Of a stretch of DNA of 64,000 nucleotides, positions 19,199 to 29,381 are shown one piece after another. The notes under the pieces were generated by a model that saw nothing but the letters and a program-made list of their open reading frames with translations, made no database searches and was not told where the DNA came from. A program made the position numbers and the translations under genes. Each line of letters starts with the position of its first letter. Position 1 is the stretch's first letter. This DNA comes from Alphaproteobacteria bacterium (GTDB lineage: Bacteria > Pseudomonadota > Alphaproteobacteria > UBA9219 > RGZA01), in the NCBI GenBank assembly GCA_041917755.1, contig JAYRWY010000003.1, forward strand, positions 8,563 to 72,562. The letters run 5' to 3'.

Positions 19199-20785
19199 TG
19201 CCGCTGCCAGCAACTTCTTTGTGTATTCTTGCTTCGGTTTGTTGAACACATCTTCGGCTGTACCGGTTTCTACCATTTTACCATGCTGCATAACCAATAC
19301 GTTATGTGACATCGCGCGGATAACACGCAAGTCATGGCTGATGAAGATATAGCTTAGCTGATGCTTGGTTTGTAAATCACGTAGTAGTGCAATAATCTGC
19401 GACTGTACGGAGCGGTCAAGCGCAGAGGTTGGTTCATCCAGCACAATCAATCGTGGTTTCAAGATAAGCGCGCGCGCAATAGCGATGCGTTGGCGTTGGC
19501 CTCCAGAAAATTCATGCGGGAAGCGGTGGCGCATCTCTGGTTGCAGGCCAACTTCATGCAGAATATCGGCTACTGCCTTATCGCGTTCATCCTGTGTCCC
19601 GATATTATGAATGCTTAGACCTTCACCAATAATCGCGCCAATGGTCTGGCGTGGCGACAAGCTGCCATAGGGGTCTTGAAATACCAGCTGCATGCGCTGG
19701 CGCAGGGGACGTAATTCCTTATGGTTCATGGTTAGCACATTCTGCCCCATGAATACCGTTGTTCCGGTGGCCTTAGTAAGGCGCAACACACCCATGCCCA
19801 ATGTAGTTTTACCAGAGCCAGACTCGCCAACTACGCCCAGCGTCTCCCCCTCACGTAGGGTGAAGCTGATGTCATCAACTGCGCGCACATAATCAACAAT
19901 GCGCTTTAATATTCCTTTGCGGATGGGGTAGTGAACCTTGATGTGTTCAACTTTTAAAATTTCTTTTGTGTCTTTGGCAACCGGCGCGGCATGGCCTTTG
20001 GGTTCGCTGTCCAGTAAATGTTTGGTATAGGGATGTTGCGGGCTAGCAAATAAGTTGGCTGCATCGCCTTGCTCCACCAACACGCCATGTTGCATTACGC
20101 AAACGCGCTGCGCCATATGGCGAACAATGCCTAAATCATGCGTAATGAGCAGCACGGCCATGCCAAGTTTTTTTTGTAGCTCTTTTAATAACTGCAAAAT
20201 TTGTGCCTGAATGGTGACGTCTAAAGCGGTGGTCGGTTCATCGGCAATCAGTAAATCGGGGTCATTGGCCAAGGCAGCAGCAATCATTATGCGTTGGCGT
20301 TGCCCGCCCGATAGTTCATGGGGAAAACGCGGCAACCATTGCGCTGGGTTGGGCAAGCCAACCAACTCTAACAGCTCCATCACTCGCGGGCGTGCTTGTT
20401 CCATCGTCACGCCTTTATGTTGCATGACAACTTCGGCAATCTGCTTTTCAACAATGTGCAGTGGGTTAAGCGCACTCATTGGTTCTTGAAAAATCATTGA
20501 AATATCATTGCCACGAAGCTTTTGGATTTCTTCTTCGTTCTTACCCAGCAATTCACTCCCATTAAATGTGATGCTGCCGCTCACAATATTCGCGGCAGAG
20601 GGCAGTAATTGCATGATTGATAGGGCCGTAACCGATTTACCCGAGCCAGACTCCCCAACCAAGGCAACCACTTCGCCCTTTTTGATAGAGAATGAAACGC
20701 CGCGCACGGCATCCACGGCGTTTTTACCGCTATTAAAGCGGATGTTTAGGTCTTTGATTTCTAATAAGCTATTCATAGGTTTCAT
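19190..20785 (-). CDS. yejF: peptide ABC transporter ATP-binding protein with duplicated ATPase domains (YejF-like)
   Basis: Contains two Walker A sites, two LSGGQRQR signature motifs and two Walker B sites. Confidence 0.9.
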   Translation of the reverse strand: MKPMNSLLEIKDLNIRFNSGKNAVDAVRGVSFSIKKGEVVALVGESGSGKSVTALSIMQLLPSAANIVSGSITFNGSELLGKNEEEIQKLRGNDISMIFQEPMSALNPLHIVEKQIAEVVMQHKGVTMEQARPRVMELLELVGLPNPAQWLPRFPHELSGGQRQRIMIAAALANDPDLLIADEPTTALDVTIQAQILQLLKELQKKLGMAVLLITHDLGIVRHMAQRVCVMQHGVLVEQGDAANLFASPQHPYTKHLLDSEPKGHAAPVAKDTKEILKVEHIKVHYPIRKGILKRIVDYVRAVDDISFTLREGETLGVVGESGSGKTTLGMGVLRLTKATGTTVFMGQNVLTMNHKELRPLRQRMQLVFQDPYGSLSPRQTIGAIIGEGLSIHNIGTQDERDKAVADILHEVGLQPEMRHRFPHEFSGGQRQRIAIARALILKPRLIVLDEPTSALDRSVQSQIIALLRDLQTKHQLSYIFISHDLRVIRAMSHNVLVMQHGKMVETGTAEDVFNKPKQEYTKKLLAAALS

Positions 20786-21819
20786 TACGCGCCCACCTTG
20801 TTCTTGCGTGGGTCAAATGCATCGCGCACGGCTTCACCGATGAAGATCAGCAGGCTAAGCAATAGCGATAGAATGATAAACGCCGTAATACCCAGCCATG
20901 GCGCTTGCAGGTTATTCTTGCCTTGGTTCAGCAATTCTCCAAGGGATGGCGAGCCAGGCGGCAAGCCAAATCCAAGAAAATCAAGGGCAGTAAGGGTGGT
21001 AATCGCCCCATTAAGAATAAAGGGTAGGTAGGTAATGGTAGCAACCAGGGCATTTGGCAGCATATGGCGTACCATAATAGTAAGGTTGGTTGCTCCAAGT
21101 GCGCGTGCAGCCTTCACATAATCAAAGTTACGTGCGCGAAGGAATTCAGCGCGCACGACGCCAACCAAGTGCATCCAGCTAAACAATAACAATAAGCTTA
21201 ACAGCCACCAGAAATTCGGCTGCACCAAGGATGACATGATGATCAGCAAGAACAGCGTTGGCATACCTGACCAGATTTCAATAAAACGCTGCAGCACGAG
21301 GTCTAATGTGCCGCCGAAATAACCCTGTATCGCGCCAGCGGCAATTCCCACAATGGATGAAAAGAAGGTTAGCGTTAGGCCGAATAGCACCGAAATGCGA
21401 AAGCCGTGGATAAGACGTGCAAACACATCCCGCCCTTGATCATCGGTGCCAAGCCAGTTTTCAAAAGATGGCGGCGATGGCGCAGGAACGGTCAGATTAT
21501 AATTGATGGTATTATAGGAGTAGGGAATAAGTGGCCAAACAGCCCAACCTTTTTCTTTTATCTTTTGTGCCACAAACGGATCGCGGTAATCGGCTTCGGT
21601 TTTAAATTCCCCGCCAAAAGTGGTCTCCGGATAGGCATTCACTATCGGGAAGTATAATCCGCCATCATAGGAAATGATGATGGGTTTATCATTTGCAATC
21701 ACATCCGCAAACAAGCTGAACACCAATAAAACAAGGAATATCCATAGGGAATAAAATCCACGTTTATTAGCTTTAAAATTCTGCCAGCGACGCTGACCAA
21801 GGGGCGATAGTACAATCAT
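20785..21819 (-). CDS. yejE: peptide ABC transporter permease (YejE-like)
   Basis: DppC/OppC-family permease of 344 aa. Confidence 0.85.
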   Translation of the reverse strand: MIVLSPLGQRRWQNFKANKRGFYSLWIFLVLLVFSLFADVIANDKPIIISYDGGLYFPIVNAYPETTFGGEFKTEADYRDPFVAQKIKEKGWAVWPLIPYSYNTINYNLTVPAPSPPSFENWLGTDDQGRDVFARLIHGFRISVLFGLTLTFFSSIVGIAAGAIQGYFGGTLDLVLQRFIEIWSGMPTLFLLIIMSSLVQPNFWWLLSLLLLFSWMHLVGVVRAEFLRARNFDYVKAARALGATNLTIMVRHMLPNALVATITYLPFILNGAITTLTALDFLGFGLPPGSPSLGELLNQGKNNLQAPWLGITAFIILSLLLSLLIFIGEAVRDAFDPRKNKVGA

Positions 21820-21821
21820 GG

Positions 21822-22940
21822 CTAGGTATCCCGCTTTTCAAAATCAATGCGCGGGTCAACAGCAGTATAGGTCAAATCACCAATGATATTCAGGATAAGC
21901 CCAAGCAGCGTAAAGAAGTACAGCGTTGCAAACATTACCGGATAATCCCGGCTTATGGCGGATTCAAAACCCAATAAACCAAGCCCATCAAGTGAGAATA
22001 TGACTTCAATCAATAATGAACCTGTAAACAGGATTGAAATAAATGCGTGCGGAAAACCTGCTATCACAATCAACATCGCGTTACGGAACACATGACCATA
22101 TAGTACTTGTTTTTCAGATAAACCTTTAGCGCGCGCAGCCGTTACATACAGTTTGCTGATTTCATCCATAAATGAGTTTTTTGTCAGCATCGTCAGGCTG
22201 GCAAAGCCACTAATCACCATGGCGGTGACCGGCAAGGTGATATGCCACAAATAATCAAGAATACGTTGCGGCCAACTTAAATCCGCCCAGTTATCCGAAA
22301 CAAGACCGCGCAGCGGAAACCAATCCAACACACGTCCGCCTGCAAATACCACCACCAGTAATACGGCAAATAAGAAGCTGGGTATGGCGTATCAGATTAT
22401 GATGACGGTGCTGGTCCAAATGTCAAAATTACTGCCGTCTTTTACCGCTTTACGAATGCCAAGCGGAATTGAAATCAGATAAATAAGTAATGTGGTCCAC
22501 AGCCCAAGTGAAATCGACACCGGCATTTTTTCTAAAACCAGGTCGATTACTTTTTGGTCACGGAAATAGCTTTTGCCAAAATCAAATTTTATATAATGCC
22601 CAATCATCAATAAAAAACGTTCATGCATTGGCTTATCAAATCCAAACTGGACCTCCAGTTCTTTGATAAACTCAGGATCAAGCCCTTGCGCTCCTTTATA
22701 ACGCGATGACGTATTGGTATTGGTCATAAGTTTTTCACCGGGCTGGGTCATGGCTTGCATGTTTTCGCTGCCTGACCCATTGACACGGGAAGTCGCATCT
22801 GTGGAATGCCCTTGTAACTTAGCAATGACCTGTTCAACTGGGCCGCCTGGTGCCGCCTGAACAATCAAAAAGTTCAGCACCATAATCCCGAACAAAGTTG
22901 GGATAATCAAAAATAAGCGGCGGATGATATAATTTAGCAT
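21822..22940 (-). pseudogene. yejB: peptide ABC transporter permease YejB-like, interrupted by an in-frame TGA
   Basis: The ORF track splits it into 22392-22940 (N-terminal half) and 21822-22355 (C-terminal half). Both halves are in the same frame. A single TGA at 22392-22394 sits where DppB/OppB-family permeases have a conserved Gly (...[18 protein letters not shown]...). Confidence 0.7.
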
Positions 22941-22946
22941 GTGGGG

Positions 22947-24764
22947 CTATTTCGCGCGTTTGCCGGTGGCGTTGATTTTCGCAAGTTTTGCCTCATCAAT
23001 CCACCATGTTTCAGTAACAGGTAGGCCATAAGGAGGATTAATGGCTGGTCGGCCAAAAATATCCCAATAGGCAACACGGTAACTCTTGGTATGCCATTGT
23101 GGAATGACATTAAAGTTCCACAATAACACGCGGTCGAGTGCCTTGGTAATGGTCACCAGTTCTTTGCGGTCTTTAGCTCTGATCAGTTTATCTGTCAGCT
23201 CATCAACCACTTTGTCTTTGATACCACAAATATTACGGCTACCAGGAACATCAGCCTTGGCTGATCCCCAATTATCGAGTTGTTCGTTACCCGGTGAGAG
23301 AGACTGTGGAAACACATGAATAATCATATCAAAGGCAAAATCATTCATCCGGTTTTGGTATTGCGCACTATCTGCTAAACGCAAATCTGCCTTGATGCCA
23401 AGTTTCTCGAGGTTGCGGATGAAGGGTTGTATCCAGCGCTCAAACATCGGGCTTTCAATCAGTATCTCGAATTTGAATGGTTCACCTTTTGCGTTGACTA
23501 ACTCTGCACCTTTAAGAGTCCAGCCGGCGCTGGCCAATAATTCTTGAGCCTTACGCATATTTGCACGATTATTACCGCTGCCATCGGTCTTGGGCGGCTC
23601 ATAGCTTTCTGTAAATACGCGGTCAGGAATTTTGCCGCGATAGGGTTCAAGAATTTTAAGTTCATCAGCGCTTGGCAAACCATGTCCTGCAAGCTCCGAG
23701 TTTTCATAATAGCTTGATGTGCGATGGTATGCGCCAAATGCCAATGATTTGTTGGACCATTCAAAATCAAATGCATAAGCAAGCGCTTCACGCACCTTTA
23801 TGTCCTGAAAAATCGGGCGGCGTAGGTTGTATACAAACGCCTGCATACCTTGCGGTAATTGATTGGCAATTTCTTCTTTCTTTACAAGCCCGTCTTTTAC
23901 AACTGGGGCGTTATAAGCAGTCGCCCAATTTTTGGCCACGTTCTCAAGCTTGAAATCCCATTTACCGGCAAGGAACGCTTCGTGCGCCACCGTTTGATCG
24001 CGGTAATAGTCGTAGCGAATTCGATCAAAATTATAGCGCCCTACATTGATCGGCAGGTTTGCGCCCCACCAATTTTTCACGCGTGTATAAACAATACTTC
24101 GACCAGCCTCAAAGCTTTCAATTTGGTATGGCCCACTGCCAATTGGCTTTTCCAGAGTGGTTTCTTCAAATTTGCGCTTAACCCAATCATGCTCGGGCAA
24201 AATCGGTAACTGTCCCATAATCATAGGCAATTCGGTATTGCCGGGTTTGCTGAACGTGAACTTAACTTCGTGTTCGCCAATTTTTTCAACCTTGGCAACT
24301 TCGCGATAATAACTGCGATAAAATGGATGGCCTTTGGTTTTAAGGGTATTAAAGCTCCAGATTACGTCCTGAACCGTTACAGGAGTTCCGTCATTAAATT
24401 TTGCTTCTTTGCGCAATTTGAACGACACGTAAGAACGGTCTTCTGGGTAACTGATGCTCTCGGCCAATAAACCATAAGCACTATTAGGTTCGTCATTGGT
24501 GCTTTCCATCAGTGTTTCATAGATAGAGCTTAGCCCTGCTGCCTGTTCACCTTTTAAAATATAAGCATTCAGTGTATCAAAGCCCCCAATCACAGCCATG
24601 CGGATTTCACCGCCTTTTGGCGCACCCGGTGTTATGTAATCAAGGTGTTTGAAATCTACCGGATATTTTGGAGTGCCATGGAGTGCAACGCCATGAGCGT
24701 TTTGCACATCTGCAAAGGCAAAATTGCTAAACAAAGCAAAGACTAAAATTAGAATAATTGGCAT
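22947..24764 (-). CDS. yejA: peptide ABC transporter substrate-binding protein (YejA-like, SBP family 5)
   Basis: Has a signal peptide and is 605 aa, the size of Opp/Dpp-type substrate-binding proteins. Confidence 0.85.
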   Translation of the reverse strand: MPIILILVFALFSNFAFADVQNAHGVALHGTPKYPVDFKHLDYITPGAPKGGEIRMAVIGGFDTLNAYILKGEQAAGLSSIYETLMESTNDEPNSAYGLLAESISYPEDRSYVSFKLRKEAKFNDGTPVTVQDVIWSFNTLKTKGHPFYRSYYREVAKVEKIGEHEVKFTFSKPGNTELPMIMGQLPILPEHDWVKRKFEETTLEKPIGSGPYQIESFEAGRSIVYTRVKNWWGANLPINVGRYNFDRIRYDYYRDQTVAHEAFLAGKWDFKLENVAKNWATAYNAPVVKDGLVKKEEIANQLPQGMQAFVYNLRRPIFQDIKVREALAYAFDFEWSNKSLAFGAYHRTSSYYENSELAGHGLPSADELKILEPYRGKIPDRVFTESYEPPKTDGSGNNRANMRKAQELLASAGWTLKGAELVNAKGEPFKFEILIESPMFERWIQPFIRNLEKLGIKADLRLADSAQYQNRMNDFAFDMIIHVFPQSLSPGNEQLDNWGSAKADVPGSRNICGIKDKVVDELTDKLIRAKDRKELVTITKALDRVLLWNFNVIPQWHTKSYRVAYWDIFGRPAINPPYGLPVTETWWIDEAKLAKINATGKRAK

Positions 24765-24859
24765 GGGTTACCTGCAGGAAGGATGACCACACCAGACTAT
24801 TCACTTTTTTAGATAAAGGGGAGGGGTTTCTAGAGGTCTAAATAACCAGAATCAGAATT

Positions 24860-25312
24860 CTAAGAAGCTGATACGGCGGGCTCATGAGGCAGATGTTTCA
24901 TATTATCAAGCATATTATGCTTTAGCTGCTCCAGCTCGTTCTTAATTTTGGCGTAATCCAAGGCAACCTTAACCGTTGCATTAAGGCGCGCGGATGGAAA
25001 TGGCTTCATAATAAAATCAAATGCGCCAAATTTCATGGCGTCTGCAGCAGCACCAATTGATCCATAGGCAGTTACAACCACCACAGGAATGGATGGGTAG
25101 GTGGTATGAAGATGTTTTAATATCTCAATTCCATCCATGTCCGGGAGGTTTAAGTCCAAAACAATGGCGGAGTATTGGCTTTGTTTTATCATGGCAAGGC
25201 CCGCTTGCCCCGTATTAGCAATATCGGCGGATCTTCCTTCTGTAGAAAGATACTTTGCATAGAGCTCTGCCATAGTCCTTGTATCTTCAATAATGAGGAT
25301 TTTATCGGCCAT
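24860..25312 (-). CDS. single-domain response regulator (NtrC-type receiver)
   Basis: Contains the phospho-acceptor Asp region (AIVLDLNLPDMDG) and FDFIMKPF. There is no output domain. Confidence 0.8.
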   Translation of the reverse strand: MADKILIIEDTRTMAELYAKYLSTEGRSADIANTGQAGLAMIKQSQYSAIVLDLNLPDMDGIEILKHLHTTYPSIPVVVVTAYGSIGAAADAMKFGAFDFIMKPFPSARLNATVKVALDYAKIKNELEQLKHNMLDNMKHLPHEPAVSAS

Positions 25313-25452
25313 GGAACGTTTCCTGATATGAGTAGTCCCAAATTCTATGATGTCGCCGTTAATATTGGCTATATGCCTTGTATACTCCCATATGCAAAAA
25401 GGCCTCAGATATTGCTATCCAAGGCCTTTAAGAGGATTAAATCCAAACAATC

Positions 25453-25800
25453 TTATCGATGATGATTTGCCTTTACGTCATGACGACGCTCTTTGCGTTG
25501 TTGATGACGTGTCTTCTTAAGATCACGGATTTCTTTTGTTGTTTCCTTCACGGCATCTTTGTTGCCTGCCTTAAGTTCATGGCGACGTTCTTTTTTAAGA
25601 TCATGAATTTCTTTTGTAGTTTCATGAATGGCTTGGGTGTCCTGCTTGACTTCTTCGCTAACCGCTGGCGCAACTGGCGGTGTTCCAGCTGGCATCATGG
25701 CAGGGGGAGGTGGTGCGGGAGGGGTTACTGGCGCAGCTTCTTGTGCAAAGGCGGGAGCCGCCATCAGCATCACGGCAAATGCAAGTGCTAGGGATTTCAT
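25453..25800 (-). CDS. secreted Pro-rich protein with tandem basic repeats
   Basis: Signal peptide ending AFAQE, then a PAPPPPAMMPAGTPP stretch. Two repeats follow, TTKEIHDLKKERRHELKA and TTKEIRDLKKTRHQQRKERRHDVKA. The ATG at 25800 has a GGAG RBS. Confidence 0.6.
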   Translation of the reverse strand: MKSLALAFAVMLMAAPAFAQEAAPVTPPAPPPPAMMPAGTPPVAPAVSEEVKQDTQAIHETTKEIHDLKKERRHELKAGNKDAVKETTKEIRDLKKTRHQQRKERRHDVKANHHR

Positions 25801-25894
25801 TGATCTATTCTCCAATGGTTAGATTAAGGTGTCGTGAGACAGGAATAAGTTAGCCTTTGAATTATGGCAAGGCTATGTCCCATTACAAGCACTG

Positions 25895-27394
25895 TTATTT
25901 GGTGGCCGGTGCAGGCGGAATAATTACCCAATATATCCGGGTGGGCGGCATATTTGTGACCGTTTGCCATGGCAATTCAGTGCTTTCAACTGCCCCCTTA
26001 TAGTCAGCGAGATAAGATGGCCGTGCATCTTTATTACGCCAAATAACTACAGCTCCTTTGCGTGCCACCTCGTCCTTATTTATCCAAGGACTGTGGGTAA
26101 TATCTCCATCAATAAAGACATGCGGGCGGTTTTGAAGGTCTGGAGCATACAGAGCCACATTCCCGCCAAGCCAAGAATCACTAATGATGTATGATAATGG
26201 TTCCCCGCTTGGGCCTACTTTTTCTACCCATTTGTCATGAATGAGTTTGGATAAAGCTGCACCCGGGAAATGCCCGCGCATGGGCTTAAATCCCAGCGCA
26301 GGGCCATGCGCCATGCTAATATAAAATGCAACCAGTGACAGACAGAATACTATACCCCAACCGATGGCAAATCGTTGCAACCGTTTGTCTGAAAAATCCA
26401 ACGGCACATTCATAACAATCCAAAGGGGAATGAAGCTCAGATAGGGCATGCCCCACATATCAAGCGCACGATGCCCTGTGATCAGTGAAATAATGAAATT
26501 TAAGACCAATGGCGCAAAGGCAAGAAACGCCAAAAGCCTTCTACGTAAATTGGCCTGTTGGGGCGGTGGCGTTTGGCCATTGAACAACGTTGCAACAAGC
26601 AACAGCATCGGCATCATATCCAGAAGCTGTGTTGCGGTAAACTTTATTGGAAAAAACAACCGTTCAAATATATCTTTTGCGGCCTCACTGCGGCTCATCG
26701 CATAGGTAAACGGGATGTATTGATGGTCATGCAGCCAGAAGATATGTGGCAATAAAACAGTACAAAATACGGCCAGCGCGATATACGGCTTATGCGTGGT
26801 CAGGACATGCCGTGCATCTTTATATATCAGTATAAAAAGACCAAAGCCGATGCCCAATAACGCAATAGAATATTTTGCGTAAAATCCAAGGCCAAACATC
26901 GCGCCAAATAATACCCAGTATTTAAGTTTGTCGCGCAGTATCGCGTTGGAAAATGCATAGCCACACAGTGCCCATTTCATCAATTGCAGGACATTCGGGT
27001 TAAATTCGGTGGACAGAAAATTAAAGTATACAATTCCTTCGCATAACAACGTCGCAATCAGTGCCTTTGTTCTCGTTGTGAAGAGGCGGGCTGTTCGATA
27101 AATTGCCCATAACGCAATACTGGTAGTTAGTGCGGAAAGCCCGAAATAACCAAGGCCGGAATTGCCAAATATATAGGTGACAAATTGCAACAACCATGCC
27201 TGCATGGGTGGGTGCTTGTAATAGCCCCACTGCATTTCATTCCCCCATACAAATCCCTCAACCGTATCCAGCGGGGCGTTGGGCTGTATTAGCGTGGGAA
27301 GAATGGTCCAGCACAAAAAATGTAAAAGGATAAACCACCAAAACAGTTTCGATGCATTTTTGTCAGTGATGGCAGATGTTTGGGTAAGAAGCAT
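25895..27394 (-). CDS. ArnT/PMT-like integral membrane glycosyltransferase (GT39/GT83 family)
   Basis: 499 aa, polytopic, with the N-terminal loop motif of undecaprenyl-phosphate-sugar-dependent transferases. Confidence 0.75.
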   Translation of the reverse strand: MLLTQTSAITDKNASKLFWWFILLHFLCWTILPTLIQPNAPLDTVEGFVWGNEMQWGYYKHPPMQAWLLQFVTYIFGNSGLGYFGLSALTTSIALWAIYRTARLFTTRTKALIATLLCEGIVYFNFLSTEFNPNVLQLMKWALCGYAFSNAILRDKLKYWVLFGAMFGLGFYAKYSIALLGIGFGLFILIYKDARHVLTTHKPYIALAVFCTVLLPHIFWLHDHQYIPFTYAMSRSEAAKDIFERLFFPIKFTATQLLDMMPMLLLVATLFNGQTPPPQQANLRRRLLAFLAFAPLVLNFIISLITGHRALDMWGMPYLSFIPLWIVMNVPLDFSDKRLQRFAIGWGIVFCLSLVAFYISMAHGPALGFKPMRGHFPGAALSKLIHDKWVEKVGPSGEPLSYIISDSWLGGNVALYAPDLQNRPHVFIDGDITHSPWINKDEVARKGAVVIWRNKDARPSYLADYKGAVESTELPWQTVTNMPPTRIYWVIIPPAPATK

Positions 27395-28389
27395 TACTTA
27401 TCATCTTCAATGCCGCGTTTGTCGGCAATGAAATAAAGTGGGCGACGCTTAACTTCAACGAAAATACGCGCGATATACTCGGCCAGTACCCCCAGCCCAA
27501 TCAGCTGAATTCCGCCCAGCATCAAGACACTGACCATAATAGTAGCAAAGCCTGGCACATCAATTCCAAACATGGTGGTCTGAATAATCAGGACTATCAT
27601 ATAAAGGAAGGCAAACATCGAAATGATGCAGCCAATTGCCGTCCACATTCTAAGCGGGATGCTGCTAAAGGATAAAAGTCCGTCAAATGCAAATTGTACT
27701 AATCCAATGGGCGACCAACTGGATTGCCCTTTATGGCGTGGTGCTACATCAAATTCTACACTTGCAGTTGAAAAACCAACCCAGCTCATCAGGCCTTTCA
27801 TAAACCGGCTGCGTTCGGGCAGGGCATTCACTGCATCTATCACGCGGCGGTCGAGTAGGCGGAAATCACCAGCGCCTTCAGGTAATTTGATGTCACCAAT
27901 TTTGTCGAACAGCCAATAATACACATGGCTGAATTGGCGGCGCATTACGCCGTCCGTTTCACGATTGCGGCGCAGGGCATAAACCATCTGTGCACCGTCC
28001 TGCCACTTTTTATAAAGGTCAGGAATAACCTCGGGTGGATGTTGTAAATCACTATCCATAATAATGGCTGCTGATCCGCGCGCATGGGCAAGGCCACAGC
28101 TTACCGTGTTTTCTTTGCCAAAATTACGGGCCAGACGTATGGTTACAATTCGGGGGTTGCGTTGGTGGTGGGCGACTAGGCGCGCATAGGTATCATCGGT
28201 ACTACCGTCATCCACAGCAATCAGTTCATAGGGGACGGCCATTTTTTCAAAAACGGCTTCCAGACGGATAAACAACAGATTAAGGTTTTCCGCCTCGTTA
28301 TGACAAGGCAGGATAACACTCAGGATTGGGTTTTGGGAATTACTAGACTGCTGCATGGATGGACCTGACATTACAGAACCTTCCCGCAA
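27394..28389 (-). CDS. GT2 family polyprenyl-phosphate sugar synthase (ArnC/DPM1/RgtE-like)
   Basis: ILSVILPCHNEAENL...IAVDDGSTDDT catalytic core plus two C-terminal TM helices. It overlaps the downstream ArnT-like gene by 1 nt. Confidence 0.8.
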   Translation of the reverse strand: MREGSVMSGPSMQQSSNSQNPILSVILPCHNEAENLNLLFIRLEAVFEKMAVPYELIAVDDGSTDDTYARLVAHHQRNPRIVTIRLARNFGKENTVSCGLAHARGSAAIIMDSDLQHPPEVIPDLYKKWQDGAQMVYALRRNRETDGVMRRQFSHVYYWLFDKIGDIKLPEGAGDFRLLDRRVIDAVNALPERSRFMKGLMSWVGFSTASVEFDVAPRHKGQSSWSPIGLVQFAFDGLLSFSSIPLRMWTAIGCIISMFAFLYMIVLIIQTTMFGIDVPGFATIMVSVLMLGGIQLIGLGVLAEYIARIFVEVKRRPLYFIADKRGIEDDK

Positions 28390-28403
28390 AAAATAACAGA
28401 TTA

Positions 28404-28607
28404 CTAGAAGCCTTCGCGTTCGCGGCGCTTGCGTTCAACCTTGCGCAGACGGCGCACAGCTTCAGAACCTTCGCGTGCCTTCTTTTCAGATGGCTTTTCG
28501 TAGTAGCGGCGCAGCTTCATTTCACGAAATACACCTTCGCGTTGTAATTTCTTTTTTAACGCGCGAAGCGCTTGATCTACATTGTTGTCACGTACGCTAA
28601 CTTGCAA
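28404..28607 (-). CDS. rpsU: 30S ribosomal protein S21
   Basis: [47 protein letters not shown]. Confidence 0.9.
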   Translation of the reverse strand: MQVSVRDNNVDQALRALKKKLQREGVFREMKLRRYYEKPSEKKAREGSEAVRRLRKVERKRREREGF

Positions 28608-28778
28608 AGCCGTCTCCTGATTTAAATTCTACAAACGCAAAAAAAACTTATTCGGTTTTAGAGCCGAACCTCTTGAAGCGGGCAAAGTAATGAACCTGCT
28701 TTAAAAAAGCAAGCTGGCTTTAAGGTTCTTATTTTGTTCTTATTTGGCAATGGTTTAGCAACATGGTATGGATAGGGC

Positions 28779-29381
28779 ATGGAAGAACTATCCAAAGAAA
28801 TGCTGATTATTGCTGCCCTTCGCCAAGTCCCGTTTGAGGGCTGGACCAAGCTGGCATTCGAAAAAGCCGAGGAATCTGAAGGCTTACCCGCGGGTACCTA
28901 TGCTGCGTATTTCCCCGGCGGCGTTCAAGACCTTATCCGCTCCATGCATGAATGGGTGGATAACGATATGCAACGCAGAATTGCCGCCCAGCCAGATTTC
29001 CAAGAACAGAAAATCCGTGAAAAAATATTCCGCTGCGTGATGGCACGTATCCATACACTAACACCATACCGCGAAGCCATTCGCCGCCTTGCTGGCCACC
29101 AATTATTGCCGTGGAACAAACCATGGGGGCTGCGTGATTTGGGTTTGGCAGCCGATGCCATGTGGAAACTAGCTGGCGATCGTTCGGTGGATTATAATTT
29201 TTATACCAAACGCATCTTGTTGTCCGGAGTATACGCCGCAACGCTCAATCATTGGTTTGATGATGTGAGTGATGAGTTTGAAAGTACGCAAAATTTCCTT
29301 CGCGCCCGCATCGAAAACGTACTTCAATTCGGTAAATTTGTGGGCGGCATCAAAGACAAGTTTGCCAAGAAGGCGGCTTAA
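28779..29381 (+). CDS. COQ9 family protein (the alphaproteobacterial protein transcribed divergently from rpsU)
   Basis: 200 aa, helical, with a COQ9-like C-terminal region. It is divergent from rpsU. Confidence 0.65.
   Translation: MEELSKEMLIIAALRQVPFEGWTKLAFEKAEESEGLPAGTYAAYFPGGVQDLIRSMHEWVDNDMQRRIAAQPDFQEQKIREKIFRCVMARIHTLTPYREAIRRLAGHQLLPWNKPWGLRDLGLAADAMWKLAGDRSVDYNFYTKRILLSGVYAATLNHWFDDVSDEFESTQNFLRARIENVLQFGKFVGGIKDKFAKKAA

Noticed and set aside
19365-20843. Plus-strand ORFs (19365-19610, 19692-19892, 20211-20489, 20508-20843) opposite yejF/yejE
   Set aside because: These are shadow ORFs of ABC transporter genes, and their translations are Ser/Arg/Pro-rich nonsense.
22392-22394. Possibility that TGA is globally recoded (Gly or Trp) in this organism
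   Set aside because: Neighbouring well-conserved genes such as rmuC (ending ...gct TGA at 1776-1778) and the platform gene terminate at TGA at the expected protein ends. TGA is therefore a normal stop here. The yejB TGA is a local event.
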